This document shows, piece after piece, positions 18,051 to 28,310 of a stretch of DNA of 64,000 nt (the first letter of the stretch is position 1; the number at the start of each line of letters is the position of its first letter). A program made the position numbers and the translations under genes. The notes below the pieces were generated by a model, which searched no databases, had not been told where the DNA came from, and saw only the letters and a list, made by a program, of their open reading frames with translations. Source of the DNA: an uncultured virus (IMG/VR IMGVR_UViG_2831971958_000015) (Duplodnaviria; Heunggongvirae; Uroviricota; Caudoviricetes); IMG/VR virus record IMGVR_UViG_2831971958_000015; one strand, written 5' to 3'.

Positions 18051-19292
18051 TTACGCCGCTTTCAGTTTCTGGATAACTACCAGACTGTTTTTATCAACTA
18101 CCTTGCCGTCTGCCAGCATGACACCCTTTGTTACGGTGTCGTCGGTGTCGTTGTCCTCATACCGCTTTACGCCCATAGCGTAATTAGTATTCAGCACATA
18201 ATCTTTGAAATTAAAGAGGAAAGCAAAAGCCGTGCCTGCTGCCAGTGTTGCCGCATAGCTTGTTACATAGTCGCAGCACACTACAGGTCTGCCTAAAAGC
18301 GTCCGCTCCGGCTTTCCTGCAATCCCGTAATTTACCCTGCCGATCGGCTGCCCGTTGGCATCTGTCAGCCCGTAATACTGCATGAACGTCTTTTTGCTCA
18401 TGCACCATACCGCCCCGTTTTCATATGCCTGCGGTAACGCCGCCTCTGCGTTGATCAGATCATCATAAGCGGGTTTTGCGCTGTCAATGGTCTGCCCGTC
18501 TGCGGGTGTCTCCTGCAAAATCCCTTTCGGTTTTCCTGTCCCGTCCCCGTCAATGATCGCCTGCTCGATTGCCTTTGTCATTGCCTCAACAATATTGTTG
18601 ATAAGCAGCGTTTCAAAAGCGCTCATTGCCATTGTGTCAACTTCCAGAGATACGGCTACCGCGCAGCGCAGCTTATGGTACGCAAAAGTAATCATACCGT
18701 CTTTCTTGATGCCCTTTTTCTGCTTGTCGCTGCCTGCGCCCTCATTTACCCATGTAGCCACGGGCTTTACCGTGGAAACGGGAATACTCACGCCGCCCTT
18801 GTACGCCGTTCTGGTAACAAGGGCTAAGATCATGCCCGTGCTTTCCAGCTTTTCTACGATCTGGTTCAGTACGGTTGTGGGAATAACCGCGCCTACGTCC
18901 GTGGTCTTGCTTACTGCGTCTGCCCGGTACTCTGCCGGGATTTCCGCGCCACGGCAGACATACTGCATAAACGCCTTTCTGTATGCCATGCTGCCGTATC
19001 TGTCCCCGGTGTCGTCGGTATGGTCTGCGGGCTTGAAATTGCGCAGCACGGTTGCGGGCGCTGCCTCTCCCCCGTCGCCCTCTACAGGCTCGCCGTTTGC
19101 GATCCTTTCCAGTAACGCCTTACGCTTTTCTGCCGCCGCCTGTAATGCCGCCCGCTCTTCCTGCAATGCCGTTACCTCTGTTTCCAGCGCCGCGATCTCT
19201 GCCTCTGTCAGCTCTGCTGCCCTTGTGGTAAGTTCGCCCTTGATCTGGGCTAACCTTGCCTCGATTTCTTTCAATCTGTTCATGTTCTGCAA
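18051..19292 (-). CDS. Major capsid protein (HK97 fold with delta domain)
   Basis: Coiled-coil N-terminus; GAVIPTT, ATWVNEG, GDGTGKPKGI, LLGRPV. Confidence 0.95.
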   Translation of the reverse strand: MQNMNRLKEIEARLAQIKGELTTRAAELTEAEIAALETEVTALQEERAALQAAAEKRKALLERIANGEPVEGDGGEAAPATVLRNFKPADHTDDTGDRYGSMAYRKAFMQYVCRGAEIPAEYRADAVSKTTDVGAVIPTTVLNQIVEKLESTGMILALVTRTAYKGGVSIPVSTVKPVATWVNEGAGSDKQKKGIKKDGMITFAYHKLRCAVAVSLEVDTMAMSAFETLLINNIVEAMTKAIEQAIIDGDGTGKPKGILQETPADGQTIDSAKPAYDDLINAEAALPQAYENGAVWCMSKKTFMQYYGLTDANGQPIGRVNYGIAGKPERTLLGRPVVCCDYVTSYAATLAAGTAFAFLFNFKDYVLNTNYAMGVKRYEDNDTDDTVTKGVMLADGKVVDKNSLVVIQKLKAA

Positions 19293-19308
19293 TCTCCTTT
19301 TCTGTTTT

Positions 19309-19902
19309 TTATAGACTGGCTCTGATCTTTAGTAGCCTCGCCCGCTGTAAAAGCCGCTCCTGCCTCTCTGCCTCATAACTCCTATGTGCAAAACTGCGGG
19401 CGCTTATTTCAGTATCGCCGTTTGCTGGTATGCTCACGGCTGATACATCATAAACTTTTTTGATCTCCAATATTGTCCTTGTATGCGTTGCCCTGTCGTA
19501 GCTGTCCGTTTTCACGGTGAAAGCCCACGACATTTTTGTTATCATGCCCTGCTGTATGTCCTGATACAGCCCCCGCGCTAAGTCCGTCCTGCCTAAATCG
19601 GCTGCAATCAAAAGCCCCTTATGGTCTGGTATCAGAATAAGGGAACCGTTAGACTGTCTGGCAAATACGCGCCCCTCATGGTCATACTGCATAATTACGT
19701 CGCTCATGTCTGCCCCGTCCAGCGCGTGCGCGTCTATTCTTTCGTAAAACTTTGTACCCTCGATCTCATAAAGCAGATACGGGCTTTCAAACGTCGTCGC
19801 GTAGCCCTCAACGTAAAAATCCGTCTCTATCCGCTTTGCCGCCGCCTGCGCCGACAATGGCGCTGCCAGCGTCCTATACTCCCTGTCCTGTTTGATCGGC
19901 AT
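19309..19902 (-). CDS. HK97 prohead protease
   Basis: VEGYATTF, YDHEG, KMSWAF, YDVSAVSIPA. Confidence 0.95.
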   Translation of the reverse strand: MPIKQDREYRTLAAPLSAQAAAKRIETDFYVEGYATTFESPYLLYEIEGTKFYERIDAHALDGADMSDVIMQYDHEGRVFARQSNGSLILIPDHKGLLIAADLGRTDLARGLYQDIQQGMITKMSWAFTVKTDSYDRATHTRTILEIKKVYDVSAVSIPANGDTEISARSFAHRSYEAERQERLLQRARLLKIRASL

Positions 19903-21160
19903 CTGTTACACCCTCTTTCTGTCCCTTATCGTCCGGCGCTGGCTCTTCCCCCGGCTCCGTCCCTGCCGCCTGCTGCCCCGGCTGCGGCATCTGCTGTATA
20001 ATGATCTGCTGCTTTTCCTCGTTTTTCCCCAGCTGGCTTACTTCCGTGTATTCCTTGCGTATGTAATACTTTTCGCCGTCCTCTACGTGCGGCATGTTCC
20101 ATATATCCATTACGCCGTTGCGGTTAAGCAGCGCCCGGTCAAAAAGCTGTGTGCTTACTTGCAGCTTTGTAGCATTGCTGGCGTATTGCAGGCGGTTTGC
20201 GGAAAACGTGATCGCGTTCCCGTGCGCAAGCTCCCGCTGCGAAAATGCCATGTTTGACATGACAAGCGAAAGCTGGATTGCAAAAGGTTCTATTTTCCCC
20301 TCATAATAGGCGTTCCATGTTTCCTCGTTAAACTTGTTTTGCAGAATATCCATGTTTGTACCAAAATGCGTACATACGTTATCCTGTATCTGCTGCATTT
20401 GTAGCGCGTTTGGCGTATATGGCTTGCTTTCTACCTGTTTCAGATCAGAAAACTTGTTATCATAAATAATCATGCCGCTTTTATTGTCCGCGCTTAAATT
20501 TTCCTCTGTAAACCGCTCCCGCTCTGCTTTTATGTCCTCCGGCTTCAGCAAATTTGCCACCTTTGCCAGAAAGCGTATGTTTGCTGAATTTTTCACGGCG
20601 TTAATAATGCCCTCATTCTGGGTATGTATCAGCTGCATTGTAGGCTTAAGCGTGCTGTTATCCTCTCCGAAAAGATCGTCGCTGTATTCAAAGTCAGTCA
20701 TTATGCCGACTTTTTCAAACTCAATCGCCCCATACTCCCCGCTTGCAAATAGATACCGCAGATACACCCGCCCGGCAGCCTCTACCACTTCGCAGCGCTG
20801 CGCCCGCAGGGGATAAAAGCCGCACAGGTTCCCTGTCTCGTCCTCAATAGGCACAATAAAAGCGGTATGTTCTACCGCTAAGATCGTCGCCAGACGCTTT
20901 ATGAATTTCGTTGTGTCCATGAAATAGTTAGGTTTGTACTGCAATACCCTTTCCAGATGCTTTAGGGCGCTGCCCTCGATCTCCGGCTTTAGCTTGCTGC
21001 AATGTGTGGCAAAACTGTTGATCGCTACCCTTGTCAAGTCCATTTCGTATACGCCGCCGTTAAAGCTCGTAAACGTCGGGCTGTAGCCGTTCAGCATTTT
21101 AAAATAGCTGTCTATCACTTGCAGCTTTTTCCCGTGGAATAAATAATCAAAAAATTTCAC
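19874..21160 (-). CDS. Portal protein
   Basis: Between terminase and protease; start likely GTG at 21160 (ORF track extends to 21208). Confidence 0.9.
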   Translation of the reverse strand: MKFFDYLFHGKKLQVIDSYFKMLNGYSPTFTSFNGGVYEMDLTRVAINSFATHCSKLKPEIEGSALKHLERVLQYKPNYFMDTTKFIKRLATILAVEHTAFIVPIEDETGNLCGFYPLRAQRCEVVEAAGRVYLRYLFASGEYGAIEFEKVGIMTDFEYSDDLFGEDNSTLKPTMQLIHTQNEGIINAVKNSANIRFLAKVANLLKPEDIKAERERFTEENLSADNKSGMIIYDNKFSDLKQVESKPYTPNALQMQQIQDNVCTHFGTNMDILQNKFNEETWNAYYEGKIEPFAIQLSLVMSNMAFSQRELAHGNAITFSANRLQYASNATKLQVSTQLFDRALLNRNGVMDIWNMPHVEDGEKYYIRKEYTEVSQLGKNEEKQQIIIQQMPQPGQQAAGTEPGEEPAPDDKGQKEGVTDADQTGQGV

Positions 21161-21177
21161 TCCGCTTACTCTCCTTT

Positions 21178-22833
21178 CTATGCGGCATTTTTCAGCAGCT
21201 CGCCGCACTCTTCCCAGTATTTCTGCCGTACCGTCATTGCATCAATGACAGATACAAAACCGTCAATATGCGCCCGCTGCTCTATCTTTACAGGTCTGAA
21301 TTTCCTTGTTTCCATGTTGTGCTTAAGCGCAACATTTAAGAAATGCGTCTTTTGTAAACTGTTTTCCGCGATCTTGAAATTGCCGTCTTTTATAATTCCC
21401 TCAAATTCCCGGATAACTGGCGTTAAGTTCTCGCCTTGGTGTACGTCGTCCATATGGAACCCGTAATTTTTCATATCGTTTACAAGGTACTGGGCGCTGT
21501 ATCGGTCATATCCGATTTTCAGCGGTCTTATTCCGTATACTTCCAGCAGCATTATAAACCAGTTATAAACGTCGTGGTAATCAACGTAATTTTCGCCGCT
21601 TAAGGTTATCAGCCCTTTCTTTACAAATATGTCATACGGCACGCCGTCCGTGGCTTGCAGGCTCTCTATGCGGTCTTTCGGCATAAAGAACTGTGTAAAG
21701 GAATACAGCACGCCGCCCTTTTCGATCACAACGCTTGCCGCCGTTAAGTCCGTCGTCTGGCTAAGATCAATGCCACCCACTGCGTAGCAGTCCCGGAAAT
21801 CCTCTAATGTCTTTTCTACCCCTGCCCGGTCTACGGTCATGTATTCCAGCCATGCAATAGAGCTGTTCTGCTTGATATTGCAGTATTTACATAAAAACTC
21901 TGCTTTCTTGCTTAAGCTGCCCTCTGCTACGGCTATTTCATCAATGAAAAAGCCCTCTTTTACGGAAACGCCCATGTTCGGGTTGGCTTTCTTAAGCTCT
22001 TCTATGTCGTTCCACTTCTCCACGTCGTCTATCATGTAGATAAACGGCAAAAGCCTACGTTCTTTGCTGTTACCCTTTAAAAAGCTGGTGCTGCGTTTCA
22101 TAAGCTCGTCGTATATGCCGTCATTCTCATACCCTGCCGTGCTTATGCTTAAGATCATAGGCTGCGTGCGTGCGCCTAAAGCAGACTTCATAACCTCATA
22201 CTGCTTTAGCCCCGCGTCGCCCCGCCATGCCGCCATTTCATCACATACTACCAGCTGCGGGTTAAATCCGTCAGACTTCCTTGCATTAAAGGCAATCGGC
22301 TTAACAAAACTTTCCGTTTCCTCAATGTAAATATCACTGCGCCGTTTCCGCGCCAGCTCCAAAAGCTCCGGCTCTGCCTTTACCATTTTGTGGAATCCGT
22401 CATATACCAGCGCCGCTTGATCTAACTTAGGCGCTAAGCAATAAATTTCCTGCCCGTATTCCGGCTCCAAAAATGCCATGTACGCGATAATGGCAGATGC
22501 AAATAAACTTTTGCCGTTTTTTCTGCCGATAACTATAAAAATCTCGCGGAAAACGCGCACTTTTTCTGTGTCCTGTATACCAAAAATGACAGAAATAATA
22601 GCTTTCTGCCATAGTTCCAGCTTTATAAGGTCACTGCGCCCCTTGCTGTGGTGACAGAAATTTTCAATAAACTTGATCGCCTTATTTGCCGCCTTTGCAT
22701 TGAAAAAATATTCCTGCTTTTCCAGCCCGTCCACAATGATCTTGTAAATTGCCTTTATCCATTTCCCCGCTACGATCTCGCCGCTTTTTATTTTTGCGTG
22801 GTACTCATAGATATAATTCTTATAGGGCAGCAC
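21178..22833 (-). CDS. terL: Terminase large subunit
   Basis: GRKNGKS, VVCDE, ISTAG, GGIDLS, IDG. Confidence 0.95.
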   Translation of the reverse strand: MLPYKNYIYEYHAKIKSGEIVAGKWIKAIYKIIVDGLEKQEYFFNAKAANKAIKFIENFCHHSKGRSDLIKLELWQKAIISVIFGIQDTEKVRVFREIFIVIGRKNGKSLFASAIIAYMAFLEPEYGQEIYCLAPKLDQAALVYDGFHKMVKAEPELLELARKRRSDIYIEETESFVKPIAFNARKSDGFNPQLVVCDEMAAWRGDAGLKQYEVMKSALGARTQPMILSISTAGYENDGIYDELMKRSTSFLKGNSKERRLLPFIYMIDDVEKWNDIEELKKANPNMGVSVKEGFFIDEIAVAEGSLSKKAEFLCKYCNIKQNSSIAWLEYMTVDRAGVEKTLEDFRDCYAVGGIDLSQTTDLTAASVVIEKGGVLYSFTQFFMPKDRIESLQATDGVPYDIFVKKGLITLSGENYVDYHDVYNWFIMLLEVYGIRPLKIGYDRYSAQYLVNDMKNYGFHMDDVHQGENLTPVIREFEGIIKDGNFKIAENSLQKTHFLNVALKHNMETRKFRPVKIEQRAHIDGFVSVIDAMTVRQKYWEECGELLKNAA

Positions 22834-22839
22834 TGCCGC

Positions 22840-23190
22840 CTACTCATCCCGCAGGGCAGCCAGCCTGCTTTCCTTTCTTTTTGCAGCTGGCACTAATTCT
22901 GTCAGCTGCTTAATGACTGCCGCATAGTTCTTGCTTAATGCTATGTATGTCTCTGCCTCCGGGCTTTTCTTTGTCCCGTACTGGTTTTCACCGTTCTTGT
23001 ACTCACTCGTCCAGCCCTCCTGCTCTATGGTTTCCTGCAAGTCGTCAAGTTCTATGCTCATAAAAGCAGCCTTTTCTATCAGCGGCGTTACTAAATTTCG
23101 CTTATTTTCTTCAAGCTCTTCAAATATTTCCTTAAGTCTTTTTTTCTCGTCCTTGATACGATTTTCTTTTTTCTTTTTCCGCGCAGCCAT
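22840..23190 (-). CDS. terS: Terminase small subunit
   Basis: EG..EYKNG.NQ.G.K.SP; upstream of terL. Confidence 0.8.
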   Translation of the reverse strand: MAARKKKKENRIKDEKKRLKEIFEELEENKRNLVTPLIEKAAFMSIELDDLQETIEQEGWTSEYKNGENQYGTKKSPEAETYIALSKNYAAVIKQLTELVPAAKRKESRLAALRDE

Positions 23191-23315
23191 TCCTTTTACC
23201 CCTCTTTCCTGCCGCCTGCTGCCGCTGCCAGATCACCCCACCACACCCCCCCTACACCACGTATGCACGCGCCCGGAGGGTAATTTTAGGGTATCCCCCT
23301 CGGTATTTTCCCCCT

Positions 23316-23615
23316 TTAATTCTGATTTTCGGATAGGGGGGATATGCCGCCCGCTGCATCAAACTTATACCGCAGGCGCGGCTTGCGTTTATGATGCTCT
23401 TTGTTATGGCAGTCCTGGCATAGCGCCTCTAAGTTGTCCCAGCTTAGCGTTATGCCCGCGTCGTTAATATTCTCTCTGGTTAAGTAACGCTTATGGTGCG
23501 CCACCTTTGCAGGCTCCCCGCAGCGCTCACATATGTAGTCCTGCGACATTAAGTAAGCGGCTCTGGTATTCTCCCACGCCTGCGATAAGTAAAAACTCTT
23601 AGCCCATGCTTTCAT
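23316..23615 (-). CDS. HNH endonuclease (packaging-associated)
   Basis: CERC..HHK..NLEALCQDCHNKEH. Confidence 0.9.
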   Translation of the reverse strand: MKAWAKSFYLSQAWENTRAAYLMSQDYICERCGEPAKVAHHKRYLTRENINDAGITLSWDNLEALCQDCHNKEHHKRKPRLRYKFDAAGGISPLSENQN

Positions 23616-23684
23616 ACTGTCCCCGCTCCTTTCTGCAATACCCAGCGCCCTAGATTTCATGCGCCGGGTGGAGGCTAAAGAAAT

Positions 23685-23805
23685 AAAAAAAGAGTAGGCT
23701 GCTGCTGCCGCGTCACGGCTAAGCTACTGCCTACTCTTTTCATGTTACCATTATACAGCTTTTGAAATACCATGTAAACACCACGATTTTACCACGATAT
23801 TACCA
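23685..23805 (-). promoter_or_regulatory. Probable late promoter with tandem activator sites and a promoter-proximal terminator
   Basis: ACCACGAT direct repeat at ~23780-23798; TGTATAAT at 23757-23750; AAAAGAGTAGGC/GCCTACTCTTTT hairpin plus T-tract at 23685..23740. Confidence 0.55.
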
Positions 23806-23821
23806 GCCCGGCTGCTGCCAG

Positions 23822-24427
23822 CTACAGCCTCGCCCGCTCTTCATCAATTCCCCATAACAGTACAGATAATTCATTTATGATCGCTGTCACCCAGCGGCGC
23901 GGCGTGTTCTTCCCGGTTTCCAGTTCCTCTGCGATCTCTGCATACTCCATGCCCTGCATGAAATACAGTTCAAACGCTTTATACTCTACCTCTCTGCCTG
24001 CTGCCCTGCGCCTGCGCTCGATCTCTTCTACTGCCTTGTCTATGTGCGCTGTCATTATCAGAGTTTTAAAGCGGCTGCGCCTCACGCTTTCCAGATATAC
24101 CCGCTGCTGCTCTTCTGTCATTCCCTTAAGCTCTAACTGCTCGCCGTCGCTTACTGCGTTCTGGATATGGAAAACTGCATCACGGTAACATTTCATAAGC
24201 GTAAAAGTATTGTGGTACTTATTCTGCCTCTTGTCCTTTTCTTCCTGCTTTCTGTATTCCCGCACTGCTGCCCTTGCCGCTTTCTGTATCAGCTCTTCAA
24301 ATTCAGAGGCGGGAAGTGCTACCCAGCTTTCGCCTGTTTCCTCTCCCCCTGCCGCGATCTCTGCGCCTGCTGCCTTAGTTTCTGTTTCCTGCATCTTTTC
24401 TACTCCTTTCTTTGAATCCGCTGTCAA
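23822..24427 (-). CDS. Late-gene regulator with sigma region-4-like HTH
   Basis: ELYFMQGMEYAEIAEEL..TPRRW; last early gene before the packaging genes. Confidence 0.7.
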   Translation of the reverse strand: MTADSKKGVEKMQETETKAAGAEIAAGGEETGESWVALPASEFEELIQKAARAAVREYRKQEEKDKRQNKYHNTFTLMKCYRDAVFHIQNAVSDGEQLELKGMTEEQQRVYLESVRRSRFKTLIMTAHIDKAVEEIERRRRAAGREVEYKAFELYFMQGMEYAEIAEELETGKNTPRRWVTAIINELSVLLWGIDEERARL

Positions 24428-24481
24428 TCCGTCCGAATATTGCCAGCAGCAAAATAATTATGACTGTCAATAAAAAATCCG

Positions 24482-24739
24482 TCACTGTTCGCCCTCTCCT
24501 TTCTGGCATGGTGGAAACGGGCAGCTGTCACAATCCGGCTTTTCACATTTCCCGCCGTTATTGTCCCGCAGAATATCCCGTATCAGTATATACGGCAATA
24601 TCCATACAGGCGTAGAAAGAAGAATAAGCCCCTTTGCCAGCAACCCCAGTATGTATATTGCTATTTCTCCCGCCCATTCCTTATACGTCCTTACTGCCTC
24701 TGTAAGCGCCTCTGTGATCTCGTCCATAAACTTTATCAT
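24482..24739 (-). CDS. Hypothetical membrane protein
   Basis: Co-oriented ORF with one TM helix and a Cys-rich tail. Confidence 0.55.
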   Translation of the reverse strand: MIKFMDEITEALTEAVRTYKEWAGEIAIYILGLLAKGLILLSTPVWILPYILIRDILRDNNGGKCEKPDCDSCPFPPCQKGEGEQ

Positions 24740-25098
24740 TCCCGGTATCTCCTTTGCTGTACGTCTGCATACGCCCTTTTATCCCTGGCACTCCAAAAAA
24801 TTACCCTTGTTTTAATTCCTGCTTTATGCAGCCGCTCTTGTATTTCCCTTGTTTCCCGTCTATAAAAATCTTCTCTGCTGCTTGACGGTCTTTTTGTGTA
24901 GTCTATTGGCGTTCCTGTTACGTCCAGCAGCTCTTTTAAGATTTCTGCCGTAGTTTTTCCATACCGCCTAAATTGCCCCGTAATAATATAAGCCTTTTGC
25001 CAGAAAAATAATTTAAAACCTAATGCCGCCTCGATTTTCTTAAACATTTCCTCATTTTCCGGGAAAACTGATTCATATATCCAATTAGCATTTTTCAT
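24736..25098 (-). CDS. Hypothetical phage protein
   Basis: Overlapping co-oriented ORF. Confidence 0.6.
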   Translation of the reverse strand: MKNANWIYESVFPENEEMFKKIEAALGFKLFFWQKAYIITGQFRRYGKTTAEILKELLDVTGTPIDYTKRPSSSREDFYRRETREIQERLHKAGIKTRVIFWSARDKRAYADVQQRRYRE

Positions 25099-25625
25099 TC
25101 AAACACCCCGCTTTCATATGCCGTAATGACTGCTGCCCGCAAGCTGTCTGCCACTACATTCCTGCGCCCTATCTTTTCCGGGCTTACATGCCTTAAATAC
25201 TCTAAATGATCGCTTTCCATGATCTCCGCTATCTTTTCTGCTGCCCTCTGGCTGTGTGTGATCGCTCTAAGCTCGTCAGCGCCGCCCAGCGCGTTTATCT
25301 CATACACTGCATAATGACTGCTGCCGTATTCCCTCACTTTCCAGCTGAATATACGCCCTTTAATCTCCAACGGCTGTATATTGTCCGCTACATTCCTGCA
25401 TATCGTCCCCGCTGAATCAAAACCCCCGGCTACAAACCGCATTATAGATGCAAAAGCGTTTGTAATCGCCTCTGCCGCTCTTGTTGCTGCCGCTGTAAAC
25501 TCCACTCGGCTTATAGTTTTAACTGCCTTTTTCGCAAGTCTGCGCTGCTTTCTCTTATCCAGCAGTAAAGGCGGGTTTACTCCATGCAGTTTTTTATACC
25601 TCTTTTTCCATTGCCTGTAATTCAT
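25095..25625 (-). CDS. Hypothetical phage protein
   Basis: Co-oriented ORF with AGAGAGG RBS. Confidence 0.6.
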   Translation of the reverse strand: MNYRQWKKRYKKLHGVNPPLLLDKRKQRRLAKKAVKTISRVEFTAAATRAAEAITNAFASIMRFVAGGFDSAGTICRNVADNIQPLEIKGRIFSWKVREYGSSHYAVYEINALGGADELRAITHSQRAAEKIAEIMESDHLEYLRHVSPEKIGRRNVVADSLRAAVITAYESGVFE

Positions 25626-25854
25626 TCTGTTTTACCTCTCTTTCCTGCTTAATCACAATACGCCTGCTGCCGGGCTGCTGTATGACCGCCTCAACATGCA
25701 GATAGGCAGGCAGCAATACTGCGCTGCCCGCTCTAAGCTGGTACTCTATGCTTTCTTTCATTTTTCGGTAGTCCTCTGCTTTCGCTGCCTTGTCGCAGCC
25801 TATGAATACCGTTATTTGCTGCTTACTCTTCTTTTTCCGCTGCCGCCTGTTCAT
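25594..25854 (-). CDS. Hypothetical phage protein
   Basis: Co-oriented ORF. Confidence 0.55.
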   Translation of the reverse strand: MNRRQRKKKSKQQITVFIGCDKAAKAEDYRKMKESIEYQLRAGSAVLLPAYLHVEAVIQQPGSRRIVIKQEREVKQNELQAMEKEV

Positions 25855-25908
25855 TGCCTGCCCCTCTTTCCGGCGCTGCCGCCTGTCCTATCTGGTAATC
25901 GTCAATGC

Positions 25909-27192
25909 TCATTTGTCCCGGCAGCTGGTCTGCCCCCCCGTGTCCGTTTCGGACACTTGCCCTCTGCGTGCGGAATATTCAGTTACATCAATCCCCAGAA
26001 TACAATAGCCCTCTTCCAACCCTGTATAATCTTCCAGCATATAAATAATATCTGCGTCAATCGTGCGCCCTGTATGCTTTCCCTCGTCAAATTCCAGCAT
26101 TTTAAGGCTGTCGCCCACTTTATAGCCTCTGTCATTTTTCCGCAGCTCAAACTTTTTCTTGCCGCTTATAATATCCTCGTAGTAAGAAGAGGCTATTTTT
26201 ACCTCATGCGTTTTATGATCTGCTTTCCCGTCGCTCGGCAGGCTTTCCATTCTCTCCCGGTCTGCCCGTTCCTGCAATTTCTTCTTTGTGTCCCGGTCTA
26301 TTTTGTCCTGCTCGTCGCTATAACGCTGCTCGTCCGTTTTCTCTGCCTCTGCCTTGTTTATGTACTGATCGCACTTTTCGCAAGTACCCGTTTTCACATT
26401 GCAATCTTTATACCGTTTACAGGAATAGCACAAAGAGGTTATGCTTTCCGGGTGCGGCGTTTCGTAGCTGTCGCCCGCCTTTTTCTCTGCCACCTTTGCC
26501 GCTATTTCCTTTGCCCGGACGTTCTCGCCTGCCGCCGCCTTTTCTGCTATGGCTTTCTGCTCTTCTGGCGGCAGCTTTGCAGCCTCATAAGCCGTCGTAA
26601 CTCCTATATTCCCCTTTGCAAACTCTTCTTTGATCTCCGGCGTGGCATTATTGTTAATGCTATCCATGCGGGCTATATTCGTGGGGCTTTCGTTCATCAG
26701 CTCTGCTATAATGTCCCGCAGCTTTCCCGTGATCTCTAACCCGTCCTCGTCTTTCGCCCTTAAAAGCGCCTCTTTCAACCTCTGCGCCTGCTGGGTTTTC
26801 TCCCACGCCGTAAGCTCCCTGTTATATGCGTTGCCGATCAGCAAAGACAATTCAAACATTGCCCCGGTCATATCCTTGTACAGATACCGCACTTTCTTAA
26901 ATTCCTCATGCCCCCGCTCAATGTTCAGAATGTTTGCAAGGTTCCTGCGGTGTCCGCTCACAATCTTAAATTCACCGTTTACCCTGCCTAATACCGTGGG
27001 CTGCTGTTGCCCTACAGTCAAAAAGCTGTCTGCCAGCTCTTCTATGTTCTCCTGTGAATAGAAATTGCTTTCAGAGGGCTTTACATCATACGGGCTTAAC
27101 CAGATTTCCGTATACTCGCTTACATTGCCTATGCCTGCTGCCCTGCTTTTTGCGTTCATAATATCCGCAAAACCAAATTTTGATTTTCCCAT
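25909..27192 (-). CDS. parB: ParB-family protein fused to a C-terminal DUF3850/ASCH-like domain
   Basis: IEELADS, IVSGHRR; HEVKI..YY....GKKKFELRKNDRGYKVGD. Confidence 0.85.
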   Translation of the reverse strand: MGKSKFGFADIMNAKSRAAGIGNVSEYTEIWLSPYDVKPSESNFYSQENIEELADSFLTVGQQQPTVLGRVNGEFKIVSGHRRNLANILNIERGHEEFKKVRYLYKDMTGAMFELSLLIGNAYNRELTAWEKTQQAQRLKEALLRAKDEDGLEITGKLRDIIAELMNESPTNIARMDSINNNATPEIKEEFAKGNIGVTTAYEAAKLPPEEQKAIAEKAAAGENVRAKEIAAKVAEKKAGDSYETPHPESITSLCYSCKRYKDCNVKTGTCEKCDQYINKAEAEKTDEQRYSDEQDKIDRDTKKKLQERADRERMESLPSDGKADHKTHEVKIASSYYEDIISGKKKFELRKNDRGYKVGDSLKMLEFDEGKHTGRTIDADIIYMLEDYTGLEEGYCILGIDVTEYSARRGQVSETDTGGQTSCRDK

Positions 27193-27197
27193 TTCCC

Positions 27198-27968
27198 TTA
27201 CCTCGCTTTCCCTGTGTATCTGGTTACGAATTTCTTATAGTCCTGCGCAGCTCCGCAGCACGGGCTGTACTCATAAATCGGTTTGAATAAAAACGTACTC
27301 TCTGCCACTTTCCCGGAATATCTGATAACGCCCAGTAAAGAATAGCTTTCTTTTTCTGTCTCTAACCACTCCCGCCCGGCTGCCTCTCCGTCCGTGTTCT
27401 GATATGCCGTAACCAGAACGCCCAGCAGACGCAGCGCCGGGTTAAACTGTCTTGCGTCCTCTATCTGATCTGCCAGAATGTCTAAGCCCTCTAACGCCCA
27501 CTCGTCTATTTTTACGGGTACTATAACCTCGTCTGTGACCGTCAGCGCATTTACCACGTTAAGCCCTATGTCTGGCGGGTTATCAATAATGCAGAAATCG
27601 TAATAAGCGCCCACTGCGTCCAGCTGTGCCAGCCTCTTATACCGTTCTATCTGGTTTCCTGTCTCTTCCGTCGTCAGCTGCCACGTAGCGCCCATAAGTG
27701 ACATGTTCGCAGAAACAATGTCTATCCCCTCGTAATCTGTCCGCTGTATCAGCTCTGCTGCCGCCTGCCATTCCCCGGAAAGCAGTTTCGTGATCGGCGC
27801 TACGCTCTCCGCATCATATCTGCCGTATGCCTTGCTTAAATTCCCCTGCTTGTCGTTATCCAGCAACAGTACCTTGTAGCCCCTGCGGTACAGCTCGTAT
27901 GCCATATTTACCGCTGTAAAGGTCTTTGCTACCCCGCCTTTTAAGTTCAACAAACTTATAACTTTCAT
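27198..27968 (-). CDS. parA: ParA-family ATPase
   Basis: NLKGGVAKT, DNDKQGN, IIDNPP. Confidence 0.95.
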   Translation of the reverse strand: MKVISLLNLKGGVAKTFTAVNMAYELYRRGYKVLLLDNDKQGNLSKAYGRYDAESVAPITKLLSGEWQAAAELIQRTDYEGIDIVSANMSLMGATWQLTTEETGNQIERYKRLAQLDAVGAYYDFCIIDNPPDIGLNVVNALTVTDEVIVPVKIDEWALEGLDILADQIEDARQFNPALRLLGVLVTAYQNTDGEAAGREWLETEKESYSLLGVIRYSGKVAESTFLFKPIYEYSPCCGAAQDYKKFVTRYTGKAR

Positions 27969-28019
27969 TCTCTGCCTCTCTTTCTTGCGCCGCCTCTGGG
28001 CGCAGCTGCTTAATATGCT

Positions 28020-28310
28020 CTATTCTTTCGTGACCTCTGTTTCCAATGCCTGCCCGCAGTTCTCGCAGAAATTAGATATTTTAAAGCCCGTAAGTTTCCG
28101 ATCTGCCACAATCCAGTTACATACAGGACATTTATAGGTTTCATAGTTCTTTAAGCCTTTCGCCGCCAGCTTTTCTGCCTGCGTCCCCTCAAAAATGGTT
28201 GTTTTCCTCGGTTCCATTTTCCGGGCTTTCTTCTTTGCCTCTTCCGCTGCGCAGTGCGTACAATCCCTGCCGCAGTTCTCATAAATCTTACAGCCTATTC
28301 CTTGCCCCAT
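28020..28310 (-). CDS. Zn-ribbon hypothetical protein
   Basis: CPVC..FCENCGQAL. Confidence 0.6.
   Translation of the reverse strand: MGQGIGCKIYENCGRDCTHCAAEEAKKKARKMEPRKTTIFEGTQAEKLAAKGLKNYETYKCPVCNWIVADRKLTGFKISNFCENCGQALETEVTKE

Noticed and set aside
23190..23345. cos site between HNH and terS
   Set aside because: Position and G/C runs are suggestive, but the cut site cannot be defined from sequence alone
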